Below the pieces are notes generated by a model. It did no database searches and had not been told where the DNA came from. It was given only the letters and a program-made list of their open reading frames with translations. Shown piece after piece: positions 25,752 to 36,873 of a stretch of 64,000 nucleotides of DNA. The stretch is from Escherichia coli. GTDB taxonomy: Bacteria; Pseudomonadota; Gammaproteobacteria; Enterobacterales; Enterobacteriaceae. Positions within the stretch are counted from its first letter, which is position 1, and every line of letters starts with the position of its first letter. Where the stretch lies: assembly GCF_003334765.1 (NCBI RefSeq), contig NZ_QOWT01000011.1; one strand, written 5' to 3'. The position numbers and the translations under genes are program-made.

Positions 25752-26717
25752 ATGAAGCAGCAGGCAGGCATTGGCATTCTTTTGGCGCTCACCACAGCAA
25801 TTTGCTGGGGGGCGTTGCCAATCGCAATGAAGCAGGTGCTGGAGGTGATGGAACCTCCGACAATCGTGTTTTACCGTTTCTTGATGGCGAGTATTGGCCT
25901 GGGTGCCATTCTTGCGGTGAAGAAGAGGTTGCCGCCATTACGCGTGTTTCGTAAGCCACGCTGGTTGATTTTGTTGGCAGTGGCGACCGCCGGGCTGTTT
26001 GGGAACTTCATCCTGTTCAGCTCATCCTTGCAATACCTGAGTCCGACCGCTTCGCAGGTGATTGGGCAACTCTCGCCAGTTGGCATGATGGTTGCCAGCG
26101 TATTTATCCTCAAAGAGAAAATGCGCAGCACTCAGGTTGTAGGGGCATTGATGCTCCTGAGCGGCCTGGTGATGTTTTTTAACACCAGTCTGGTCGAGAT
26201 ATTTACAAAGCTCACCGATTACACCTGGGGAGTTATCTTTGGGGTCGGTGCGGCGACGGTTTGGGTGAGTTATGGCGTGGCGCAAAAGGTTTTATTGCGT
26301 CGGCTGGCCTCACCGCAGATCCTGTTTTTACTGTACACTTTATGTACAATTGCGCTCTTCCCTCTGGCAAAGCCTGGAGTGATAGCGCAGCTTAGCCACT
26401 GGCAGCTCGCATGTTTAATTTTTTGCGGACTGAATACCTTGGTAGGATATGGCGCCCTGGCGGAAGCGATGGCTCGCTGGCAGGCAGCGCAGGTGAGCGC
26501 GATCATCACGCTCACCCCACTGTTTACGCTGTTTTTTTCAGATCTTTTATCACTGGCCTGGCCCGATTTCTTCGCCAGACCGATGTTAAACCTTTTAGGT
26601 TATCTCGGTGCGTTTGTCGTGGTTGCGGGCGCGATGTATTCCGCCATTGGTCATCGTATTTGGGGCGGATTACGTAAGCATACAACGGTGGTATCGCAAC
26701 CCCGCGCAGGCGAATGA
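25752..26717 (+). CDS. yhbE: EamA/DMT-family inner membrane transporter YhbE (321 aa)
   Basis: Full ORF, highly hydrophobic. Confidence 0.85.
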   Translation: MKQQAGIGILLALTTAICWGALPIAMKQVLEVMEPPTIVFYRFLMASIGLGAILAVKKRLPPLRVFRKPRWLILLAVATAGLFGNFILFSSSLQYLSPTASQVIGQLSPVGMMVASVFILKEKMRSTQVVGALMLLSGLVMFFNTSLVEIFTKLTDYTWGVIFGVGAATVWVSYGVAQKVLLRRLASPQILFLLYTLCTIALFPLAKPGVIAQLSHWQLACLIFCGLNTLVGYGALAEAMARWQAAQVSAIITLTPLFTLFFSDLLSLAWPDFFARPMLNLLGYLGAFVVVAGAMYSAIGHRIWGGLRKHTTVVSQPRAGE

Positions 26718-27905
<1,188 letters not shown>

Positions 27906-27930
27906 TCACTGATGATAAACGCCAAATCAG

Positions 27931-28030
<100 letters not shown>

Positions 28031-28057
28031 AACAAAGCGCACTTTGTCAATAATCTG

Positions 28058-28088
28058 AAGCCCCGGCCATGTGCCGGGGTTTCTTTTT
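28058..28088 (+). terminator. Intrinsic terminator for obgE
   Basis: CCCCGGCCATGTGCCGGGG hairpin followed by TTTCTTTTT. Confidence 0.6.
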
Positions 28089-28090
28089 GA

Positions 28091-29524
28091 CTAATTGTTC
28101 TGATAAATATCTTTATACAAACGGCTTTCAAAACGCACTAACGGAATACGGCGATTACGCTGATCCGCAGGTTCTACTGCATAGCCAGAAAGATATTGCA
28201 CAAACGCCATTCGTTGCCCGCTCGCTGTGGTAATGAATCCCGCCAGGTTATATACCCCCTGCAACGAACCGGTTTTCGCTGAGACTTTTCCATCCACGCC
28301 CGCCTGATGCAGACCTGCACGGTACTGCAAAGAGCCGTCATAGCCCGCCAGCGGCAGCATGGAGATAAAGTTAAGTTCATTGTCGTGTTGGGCAATGTAT
28401 TGCAGCACCTGCATCATGGTGGCGGGGGCAATCAGGTTATGCCGCGAAAGCCCTGAACCATCGGCAATAATGGTGTTTCCAATATCGACACCGGCTTGCT
28501 GGCGCAGGATCTGACGCACGGCGTCCGACCCGGCCCGCCATGTTCCAGGCACATTGAAGCGCGCATGGCCTATCATGCGGAAAACCGTATCGGCGATCAT
28601 GTTGTCCGACTTTTTCAGCATAATCTTAAGCAGATCGTGCAGCGGGGCCGACTGTTTACTGGCAACTACCGTTCCAGGTTCGTTAACCTGAGTCTGGCGC
28701 AGCAGTGTTCCGCTCCAGGTGATACCCGCCTGTTTTAACTCATCTTTCAGAATTGCACCGGCATAGCTGGCTCCATCCTGCACGGCAAAAGCCAACGGGA
28801 GCGGCTCAGAACGTTGTGGCAGGCATCCCGTCAGCGTAAAGCGGTTCAGGTCGCCTGGCACCACATCCAGTTCGCAGTATTGCGCTTCGGCAGAACCACG
28901 GGGGAGGGTGCGTACCTGGCTGAACATCGTAACGGGGTAATAAGATGCCACGCGTATAAAAGCCATATCACCAGGCTTTGGGGCACTGTAGAGCGAGACG
29001 GAGAAACAGTTGCGGTCAACTATGGCGGCGGCAGGCGGAGCGCTAAAGCATTGTGTCATGTCATTCCATGGCCAGCCGGGGGCTTTATCGTGGCTGGCGA
29101 AAATGGAGGTATCTATCAACACATTGCCATCGATTTGGTTGACGCCAGATTTTTTCAAAGTCGCGACCATATTGCGAATATCCTGACGTTTTAACGTCGG
29201 ATCGGCACCAAATCGCGCCACTAAGTCACCCTTAAGTACGCCGTTTTCCACATTGCCTTTGGTTTCAAGCGTCGTGGTAAAACGAAAATCGGGGCCGAGT
29301 TGAATCAACGCCGCCAGCGCAGTAATCACTTTCTGGGTACTGGCAGGCAGCGCCATCTGCTGACTGTGGTAATCAATAGCGGGGGCCGACGCGCCGACTT
29401 TTTGCACCATCAGGGCAAGGTTGGCACCAGCGGGGAGTTGAGTAATGTACTCATCAACATTTGCGGCCTGAACACTGAACGCTATACAGCTGGTCAATCC
29501 GATGATAAATCTGGAAAATCGCAT
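28091..29524 (-). CDS. dacB: D-alanyl-D-alanine carboxypeptidase/endopeptidase DacB, PBP4 (477 aa)
   Basis: Full ORF with signal peptide MRFSRFIIGLTSCIAFSVQA and active-site STQK. Confidence 0.9.
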   Translation of the reverse strand: MRFSRFIIGLTSCIAFSVQAANVDEYITQLPAGANLALMVQKVGASAPAIDYHSQQMALPASTQKVITALAALIQLGPDFRFTTTLETKGNVENGVLKGDLVARFGADPTLKRQDIRNMVATLKKSGVNQIDGNVLIDTSIFASHDKAPGWPWNDMTQCFSAPPAAAIVDRNCFSVSLYSAPKPGDMAFIRVASYYPVTMFSQVRTLPRGSAEAQYCELDVVPGDLNRFTLTGCLPQRSEPLPLAFAVQDGASYAGAILKDELKQAGITWSGTLLRQTQVNEPGTVVASKQSAPLHDLLKIMLKKSDNMIADTVFRMIGHARFNVPGTWRAGSDAVRQILRQQAGVDIGNTIIADGSGLSRHNLIAPATMMQVLQYIAQHDNELNFISMLPLAGYDGSLQYRAGLHQAGVDGKVSAKTGSLQGVYNLAGFITTASGQRMAFVQYLSGYAVEPADQRNRRIPLVRFESRLYKDIYQNN

Positions 29525-29643
29525 AATCTCGCGCTAACAACCTGGAATCGAGCCGTCATACTACGGCGCAACGCCCTATAAAGTAAACGATGACCCTTCG
29601 GGAACTTCAGGGTAAAATGACTATCAAAATGTGAATTGTAGCT

Positions 29644-29678
29644 GACCTGGGACTTGTACCCGGGTCGGTATTTTTTTG
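29644..29678 (+). terminator. Leader terminator/attenuator in the greA 5' region (GraL-type)
   Basis: GACCTGGGACTTGTACCCGGGTC hairpin then GGTATTTTTTT about 95 nt upstream of the greA ATG. Confidence 0.45.
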
Positions 29679-29771
29679 CTTCTGGTCCCGGTAAGGAGTT
29701 ATGCCGGGCAGGCCGAACAGCCGGGGTGGGTGAAGACTTGCCCTATCAGGAATATTCAAGAGGTATAACAA

Positions 29772-30248
<477 letters not shown>

Positions 30249-30291
30249 GAATTACCCAATACTCAAGATGTTGATGTATTGTAAAGAAAGG

Positions 30292-30316
30292 AAAAAGGCC
30301 GCTATGCGGCCTTTTA
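30292..30316. terminator. Hairpin terminator between convergent greA and yhbY (likely bidirectional)
   Basis: AGGCCGCTATGCGGCCT hairpin flanked by A-run upstream and T-run downstream. Confidence 0.5.
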
Positions 30317-30403
30317 TCAACGAACAGAGCGTGGCATTTTGCTCTCCTGCCTGCGGAAAACCCCTCGTTTTACACAGCAAATGTGTGTAACTTTAGGATA
30401 ATC

Positions 30404-30697
30404 TTAGCGTGGCAGCGAGATTTTACGTTCTTTAGTTGGGCGATAAAGCACCAGCGTTTTACCGATGACCTGTACATTACAGGCGCCGGTTTCGCGCACG
30501 ATAGCTTCCACGATCAAGGTTTTAGTTTCGCGATCTTCGGTGGCGATTTTCACCTTGATGAGTTCATGGTGCTCTAACGCTTGTTCAATCTCGGCCAGCA
30601 CCCCTTCGGTCAAACCATTACTGCCAAGCAGAACAACTGGCTTGAGCGGATGTGCCAGACCTTTCAGGTGCTGTTTTTGTTTAGTACTCAGATTCAT
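30404..30697 (-). CDS. yhbY: CRS1/YhbY RNA-binding protein (97 aa)
   Basis: Full ORF MNLSTKQKQHLKGLAHPLKPVVLLGSNGLTEGVL... Confidence 0.85.
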   Translation of the reverse strand: MNLSTKQKQHLKGLAHPLKPVVLLGSNGLTEGVLAEIEQALEHHELIKVKIATEDRETKTLIVEAIVRETGACNVQVIGKTLVLYRPTKERKISLPR

Positions 30698-30720
30698 CGT
30701 ATTTTTTGCTTACGTTGGGA

Positions 30721-30748
30721 TTGAAAACGGGTCATTCTACCGCCATCT
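30721..30748 (+). promoter_or_regulatory. Candidate sigma-32 heat-shock promoter for rlmE-ftsH
   Basis: TTGAAA, 13-nt spacer, CCGCCATCT resembling the sigma-32 -35/-10 consensus (TTGAAA / CCCCATnT). Confidence 0.35.
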
Positions 30749-30822
30749 CCCATATATCACCAAATAGGCGCGTAAAAATTTACGCAATTGGTTACGATGA
30801 GTTATCCCCATGGGAAAGTTAA

Positions 30823-31452
30823 ATGACAGGTAAGAAGCGTTCTGCCAGCTCCAGCCGCTGGCTTCAGGAACACTTTAGCGATAAATATGTTCAACAGGCA
30901 CAGAAAAAGGGGTTACGTTCCCGTGCCTGGTTTAAACTTGATGAAATACAGCAAAGTGACAAACTCTTTAAACCGGGAATGACGGTTGTCGACCTTGGTG
31001 CTGCTCCGGGTGGTTGGTCACAATATGTGGTCACCCAAATTGGCGGCAAAGGCCGCATCATCGCTTGCGATCTTTTACCTATGGATCCTATCGTTGGTGT
31101 GGACTTTCTTCAGGGCGATTTTCGTGATGAACTGGTGATGAAAGCACTGCTGGAGCGCGTTGGCGACAGCAAAGTCCAGGTTGTCATGTCCGATATGGCA
31201 CCAAACATGAGCGGAACACCGGCGGTGGATATCCCCCGTGCCATGTATCTGGTGGAACTGGCGCTAGAAATGTGTCGTGATGTATTAGCGCCAGGTGGCA
31301 GTTTTGTAGTGAAGGTGTTCCAGGGCGAAGGTTTCGATGAGTATCTAAGGGAAATTCGCTCCCTGTTTACGAAGGTCAAAGTTCGTAAGCCGGACTCTTC
31401 TCGTGCACGTTCGCGGGAAGTGTATATTGTAGCGACCGGGCGTAAACCCTAA
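30823..31452 (+). CDS. rlmE: 23S rRNA 2'-O-ribose U2552 methyltransferase RlmE/FtsJ (209 aa)
   Basis: Full ORF; SAM-binding motif [13 protein letters not shown]. Confidence 0.9.
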
Positions 31453-31551
31453 CCGGGAGATTTCAGACGAAAGTTTGAAAGATGCTGGATATAGAGTATC
31501 CTGACGCTGTTTTTAACACAGTTGTAATAAGAGGTTAATCCCTTGAGTGAC

Positions 31552-33486
31552 ATGGCGAAAAACCTAATACTCTGGCTGGTCATTGCCGTTGTGCTGATGT
31601 CAGTATTCCAGAGCTTTGGGCCCAGCGAGTCTAATGGCCGTAAGGTGGATTACTCTACCTTCCTACAAGAGGTCAATAACGACCAGGTTCGTGAAGCGCG
31701 TATCAACGGACGTGAAATCAACGTTACCAAGAAAGATAGTAACCGTTATACCACTTACATTCCGGTTCAGGATCCGAAATTACTGGATAACCTGTTGACC
31801 AAGAACGTCAAGGTTGTCGGTGAACCGCCTGAAGAACCAAGCCTGCTGGCTTCTATCTTCATCTCCTGGTTCCCGATGCTGTTGCTGATTGGTGTCTGGA
31901 TCTTCTTCATGCGTCAAATGCAGGGCGGCGGTGGCAAAGGTGCCATGTCGTTTGGTAAGAGCAAAGCGCGCATGCTGACGGAAGATCAGATCAAAACGAC
32001 CTTTGCTGACGTTGCGGGCTGCGACGAAGCAAAAGAAGAAGTTGCTGAACTGGTTGAGTATCTGCGCGAGCCGAGCCGCTTCCAGAAACTCGGCGGTAAG
32101 ATCCCGAAAGGCGTCTTGATGGTCGGTCCTCCGGGTACCGGTAAAACGCTGCTGGCGAAAGCGATTGCAGGCGAAGCGAAAGTTCCGTTCTTTACTATCT
32201 CCGGTTCTGACTTCGTAGAAATGTTCGTCGGTGTGGGTGCATCCCGTGTTCGTGACATGTTCGAACAGGCGAAGAAAGCGGCACCGTGCATCATCTTTAT
32301 CGATGAAATCGACGCCGTAGGCCGCCAGCGTGGCGCTGGTCTGGGCGGTGGTCACGATGAACGTGAACAGACTCTGAACCAGATGCTGGTTGAGATGGAT
32401 GGCTTCGAAGGTAACGAAGGTATCATCGTTATCGCCGCGACTAACCGTCCGGACGTTCTCGACCCGGCCCTGCTGCGTCCTGGCCGTTTCGACCGTCAGG
32501 TTGTGGTCGGCTTGCCAGATGTTCGCGGTCGTGAGCAGATCCTGAAAGTTCACATGCGTCGCGTACCATTGGCACCCGATATCGACGCGGCAATCATTGC
32601 CCGTGGTACTCCTGGTTTCTCCGGTGCTGACCTGGCGAACCTGGTGAACGAAGCGGCACTGTTCGCTGCTCGTGGCAACAAACGCGTTGTGTCGATGGTT
32701 GAGTTCGAGAAAGCGAAAGACAAAATCATGATGGGTGCGGAACGTCGCTCCATGGTGATGACGGAAGCGCAGAAAGAATCGACGGCTTACCACGAAGCGG
32801 GTCATGCGATTATCGGTCGCCTGGTGCCGGAACACGATCCGGTGCACAAAGTGACGATTATCCCACGCGGTCGTGCGCTGGGTGTGACTTTCTTCTTGCC
32901 TGAGGGCGACGCAATCAGCGCCAGCCGTCAGAAACTGGAAAGCCAGATTTCTACGCTGTACGGTGGTCGTCTGGCAGAAGAGATCATCTACGGGCCGGAA
33001 CATGTATCTACCGGTGCGTCCAACGATATTAAAGTTGCGACCAACCTGGCACGTAACATGGTGACTCAGTGGGGCTTCTCTGAGAAATTGGGTCCACTGC
33101 TGTACGCGGAAGAAGAAGGTGAAGTGTTCCTCGGCCGTAGCGTAGCGAAAGCGAAACATATGTCCGATGAAACTGCACGTATCATCGACCAGGAAGTGAA
33201 AGCACTGATTGAGCGTAACTATAATCGTGCGCGTCAGCTTCTGACCGACAATATGGATATTCTGCATGCGATGAAAGATGCTCTCATGAAATATGAGACT
33301 ATCGACGCACCGCAGATTGATGACCTGATGGCACGTCGCGATGTACGTCCGCCAGCGGGCTGGGAAGAACCAGGCGCTTCTAACAATTCTGGCGACAATG
33401 GTAGTCCAAAGGCTCCTCGTCCGGTTGATGAACCGCGTACGCCGAACCCGGGTAACACCATGTCAGAGCAGTTAGGCGACAAGTAA
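31552..33486 (+). CDS. ftsH: ATP-dependent zinc metalloprotease FtsH (644 aa)
   Basis: ORF 31543-33486; product from [16 protein letters not shown]...; AAA Walker A GPPGTGKT, zinc site HEAGH. Confidence 0.95.
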
Positions 33487-33517
33487 GTTCCCGCATCAGA
33501 TGACTGTATTTGTACCG

Positions 33518-33547
33518 AAAACCCCGGGGCGTGCTCCGGGGTTTTTT
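33518..33547 (+). terminator. Intrinsic terminator after ftsH
   Basis: AAAACCCCGGGGCGTGCTCCGGGGTTTTTT. Confidence 0.6.
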
Positions 33548-33575
33548 CTTATCAATTCATACCAGGGATAACATC

Positions 33576-34424
33576 ATGAAACTCTTTGCCCAGGGTACTT
33601 CACTGGACCTTAGCCATCCTCACGTAATGGGGATCCTCAACGTCACGCCTGATTCCTTTTCGGATGGTGGCACGCATAACTCGCTGATAGATGCGGTGAA
33701 ACATGCGAATCTGATGATCAACGCTGGCGCGACGATCATTGACGTTGGTGGCGAGTCCACGCGCCCAGGGGCGGCGGAAGTTAGCGTTGAAGAAGAGTTG
33801 CAACGTGTTATTCCTGTGGTTGAGGCAATTGCTCAACGCTTCGAAGTCTGGATCTCAGTCGATACATCCAAACCAGAAGTCATCCGTGAGTCAGCGAAAG
33901 TTGGCGCTCACATTATTAATGATATCCGCTCCCTTTCCGAACCTGGCGCTCTGGAGGCGGCTGCAGAAACCGGTTTACCGGTTTGTCTGATGCATATGCA
34001 GGGAAATCCAAAAACCATGCAGGAAGCTCCGAAGTATGACGATGTCTTTGCAGAAGTGAATCGCTACTTTATTGAGCAAATAGCACGTTGCGAGCAGGCG
34101 GGTATCGCAAAAGAGAAATTGTTGCTCGACCCCGGATTCGGTTTCGGTAAAAATCTCTCCCATAACTATTCATTACTGGCGCGCCTGGCTGAATTTCACC
34201 ATTTCAACCTGCCGCTGTTGGTGGGTATGTCACGAAAATCGATGATTGGGCAGCTGCTGAACGTGGGGCCGTCCGAGCGCCTGAGCGGTAGTCTGGCCTG
34301 TGCGGTCATTGCCGCAATGCAAGGCGCGCACATCATTCGTGTTCATGACGTCAAAGAAACCGTAGAAGCGATGCGGGTGGTGGAAGCCACTCTGTCTGCA
34401 AAGGAAAACAAACGCTATGAGTAA
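33576..34424 (+). CDS. folP: Dihydropteroate synthase FolP (282 aa)
   Basis: ORF 33510-34424; product from [32 protein letters not shown]. Confidence 0.9.
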
Positions 34425-35754
34425 TCGTAAATATTTCGGTACCGATGGGATTCGTGGTCGTGTAGGGGATGCGCCGATCACACCTGATTTTGTGCTTAAG
34501 CTGGGTTGGGCCGCGGGTAAAGTGCTGGCGCGCCACGGCTCCCGTAAGATTATTATTGGTAAAGACACGCGTATTTCTGGCTATATGCTGGAGTCAGCAC
34601 TGGAAGCGGGTCTGGCGGCAGCGGGCCTTTCCGCACTCTTCACTGGCCCGATGCCAACACCGGCCGTGGCTTATCTGACGCGTACCTTCCGCGCAGAGGC
34701 CGGAATTGTGATATCTGCATCGCATAACCCGTTCTACGATAATGGCATTAAATTCTTCTCTATCGACGGCACCAAACTGCCGGATGCGGTAGAAGAGGCC
34801 ATCGAAGCGGAAATGGAAAAGGAGATCAGCTGCGTTGATTCGGCAGAACTGGGTAAAGCCAGCCGTATCGTTGATGCCGCGGGTCGCTATATCGAGTTTT
34901 GCAAAGCCACGTTCCCGAACGAACTTAGCCTCAGTGAACTGAAGATTGTGGTGGATTGTGCAAACGGTGCGACTTATCACATCGCGCCGAACGTGCTGCG
35001 CGAACTGGGGGCGAACGTTATCGCTATCGGTTGTGAGCCAAACGGTGTAAACATCAATGCCGAAGTGGGGGCTACCGACGTTCGCGCGCTCCAGGCTCGT
35101 GTGCTGGCTGAAAAAGCGGATCTCGGTATTGCCTTCGACGGCGATGGCGATCGCGTGATTATGGTTGACCATGAAGGCAATAAAGTCGATGGCGATCAGA
35201 TCATGTATATCATCGCGCGTGAAGGTCTTCGTCAGGGCCAGCTGCGTGGTGGCGCTGTGGGTACATTGATGAGCAACATGGGGCTTGAACTGGCGCTGAA
35301 ACAGTTAGGAATTCCATTTGCGCGCGCGAAAGTGGGTGACCGCTACGTACTGGAAAAAATGCAGGAGAAAGGCTGGCGTATCGGTGCAGAGAATTCCGGT
35401 CATGTGATCCTGCTGGATAAAACTACTACCGGTGACGGCATCGTTGCTGGCTTGCAGGTGCTGGCGGCGATGGCACGTAACCATATGAGCCTGCACGACC
35501 TTTGCAGCGGCATGAAAATGTTCCCGCAGATTCTGGTTAACGTACGTTACACCGCAGGTAGCGGCGATCCACTTGAGCATGAGTCAGTTAAAGCCGTGAC
35601 CGCAGAGGTTGAAGCTGCGCTGGGCAACCGTGGACGCGTGTTGCTGCGTAAATCCGGCACCGAACCGTTAATTCGCGTGATGGTGGAAGGCGAAGACGAA
35701 GCGCAGGTGACTGAATTTGCACACCGCATCGCCGATGCAGTAAAAGCCGTTTAA
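34417..35754 (+). CDS. glmM: Phosphoglucosamine mutase GlmM (445 aa)
   Basis: Full ORF; active-site SASHNP; start overlaps folP stop. Confidence 0.95.
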
Positions 35755-35773
35755 AGCGTTAGATAACTGGCTA

Positions 35774-35799
35774 AAAAGGCGGCGATTGTCGCCTTTTTT
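35774..35799 (+). terminator. Intrinsic terminator after glmM
   Basis: AAGGCGGCGATTGTCGCCTT hairpin then TTTT. Confidence 0.55.
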
Positions 35800-35981
35800 C
35801 TCAGCGAACACATCGGTTTTGCTGTTTTTTTCCGCAGTTGATACAATGCGATAAAATTGCCCTTGCGAAGGTCATTCGCTTTGGTTAGTATTCACACCCG
35901 CTTCAGTGGGAAAGATTAAAAACTCCCGCTTTATTGGTTGAAGCATTGGTACGCGGCAACTCCGCAAGGAACAGGTTGATT

Positions 35982-36314
35982 ATGTATGAAGCTCTTTTAG
36001 TAGTTTTCCTTATTGTGGCAATTGGCCTTGTTGGTCTGATCATGCTGCAGCAAGGTAAAGGCGCTGATATGGGAGCCTCCTTCGGAGCAGGCGCTTCCGC
36101 TACGCTGTTTGGTTCAAGTGGTTCTGGTAACTTCATGACCCGCATGACGGCGCTGCTGGCAACGTTATTCTTCATCATCAGTCTGGTGCTGGGTAACATC
36201 AATAGCAACAAAACCAATAAAGGTAGCGAATGGGAAAATCTGAGTGCACCGGCGAAAACCGAACAAACTCAGCCAGCTGCTCCGGCTAAGCCGACCAGCG
36301 ATATCCCGAACTAA
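35982..36314 (+). CDS. secG: Protein-export membrane protein SecG (110 aa)
   Basis: ORF 35934-36314; product from MYEALLVVFLIVAIGLVGLIMLQQGKGADMG. Confidence 0.9.
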   Translation: MYEALLVVFLIVAIGLVGLIMLQQGKGADMGASFGAGASATLFGSSGSGNFMTRMTALLATLFFIISLVLGNINSNKTNKGSEWENLSAPAKTEQTQPAAPAKPTSDIPN

Positions 36315-36328
36315 AAAGTAGTATCCGT

Positions 36329-36415
36329 GCCGAGGTGGTGGAATTGGTAGACACGCTACCTTGAGGTGGTAGTGCCCAATAGGGCTTACGGGTTCAAGTC
36401 CCGTCCTCGGTACCA
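36329..36415 (+). tRNA. leuU: tRNA-Leu (anticodon GAG), co-transcribed with secG
   Basis: GCCGAGGTGGTGGAATTGGTAGACACGCTACCTTGAGGTGGTAG...CCTCGGTACCA; long variable arm, anticodon loop TTGAGGT, encoded CCA. Confidence 0.9.
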
Positions 36416-36429
36416 AATTCCAGAAAAGA

Positions 36430-36451
36430 GACGCTGAAAAGCGTCTTTTTT
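36430..36451 (+). terminator. Intrinsic terminator of the secG-leuU transcript
   Basis: GACGCTGAAAAGCGTC hairpin followed by TTTTTT. Confidence 0.6.
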
Positions 36452-36873
36452 CGTTTTGGTCCTGGTCTGAGGAATGGTTGTCAGGTATCTGTATCTCGTC
36501 CAGTTGCTTTACTCGTAGCTGGTACCTTGAAACGATGGTGCCGGTACGCCTTAGTTATAAATTTTTCCCTTCTACTGACATAATTGGCACTTTATTGTGT
36601 CAACTCCAGTTCCGGTACGAATACGGATATGTTTACTTCTCGATAAACCATCCTGCTCCTGTCAGTATAACGACTGATGGCTACGTTCTGCGTAATGTTT
36701 AGAGACGCATTGATAATGTTATTTAATTACTGAGAACGCAATGGCCGCATCATTTAAAAAGAAAAAACTAACAGTGTTTCGTTCTGATATGGATCAGAGT
36801 TGAAAAACATGTCTGATATAAAATTAAACATTGTTGATAATTGTTTATATTGGTTGTGAACTTGGATTTCTGG

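Noticed and set aside
31780-33267. 495-aa ORF antisense to ftsH
   Set aside because: Lies entirely within, and opposite to, a highly conserved essential gene; Arg/His/Thr/Phe-rich low-complexity translation typical of stop-free antisense frames in codon-biased genes; no independent start context.
36329-36415. Possible integrative element at tRNA-Leu (leuU)
   Set aside because: No integrase, direct repeat of the tRNA 3' end, or phage/IS ORF follows the tRNA; the only downstream gene is yhbX, so at most an ancient, degraded acquisition.
36478-36702. 74-aa ORF in the leuU-yhbX spacer
   Set aside because: AT-rich, low-complexity, no obvious ribosome-binding site or conserved motif; most likely a chance ORF, though the region is flagged in findings.
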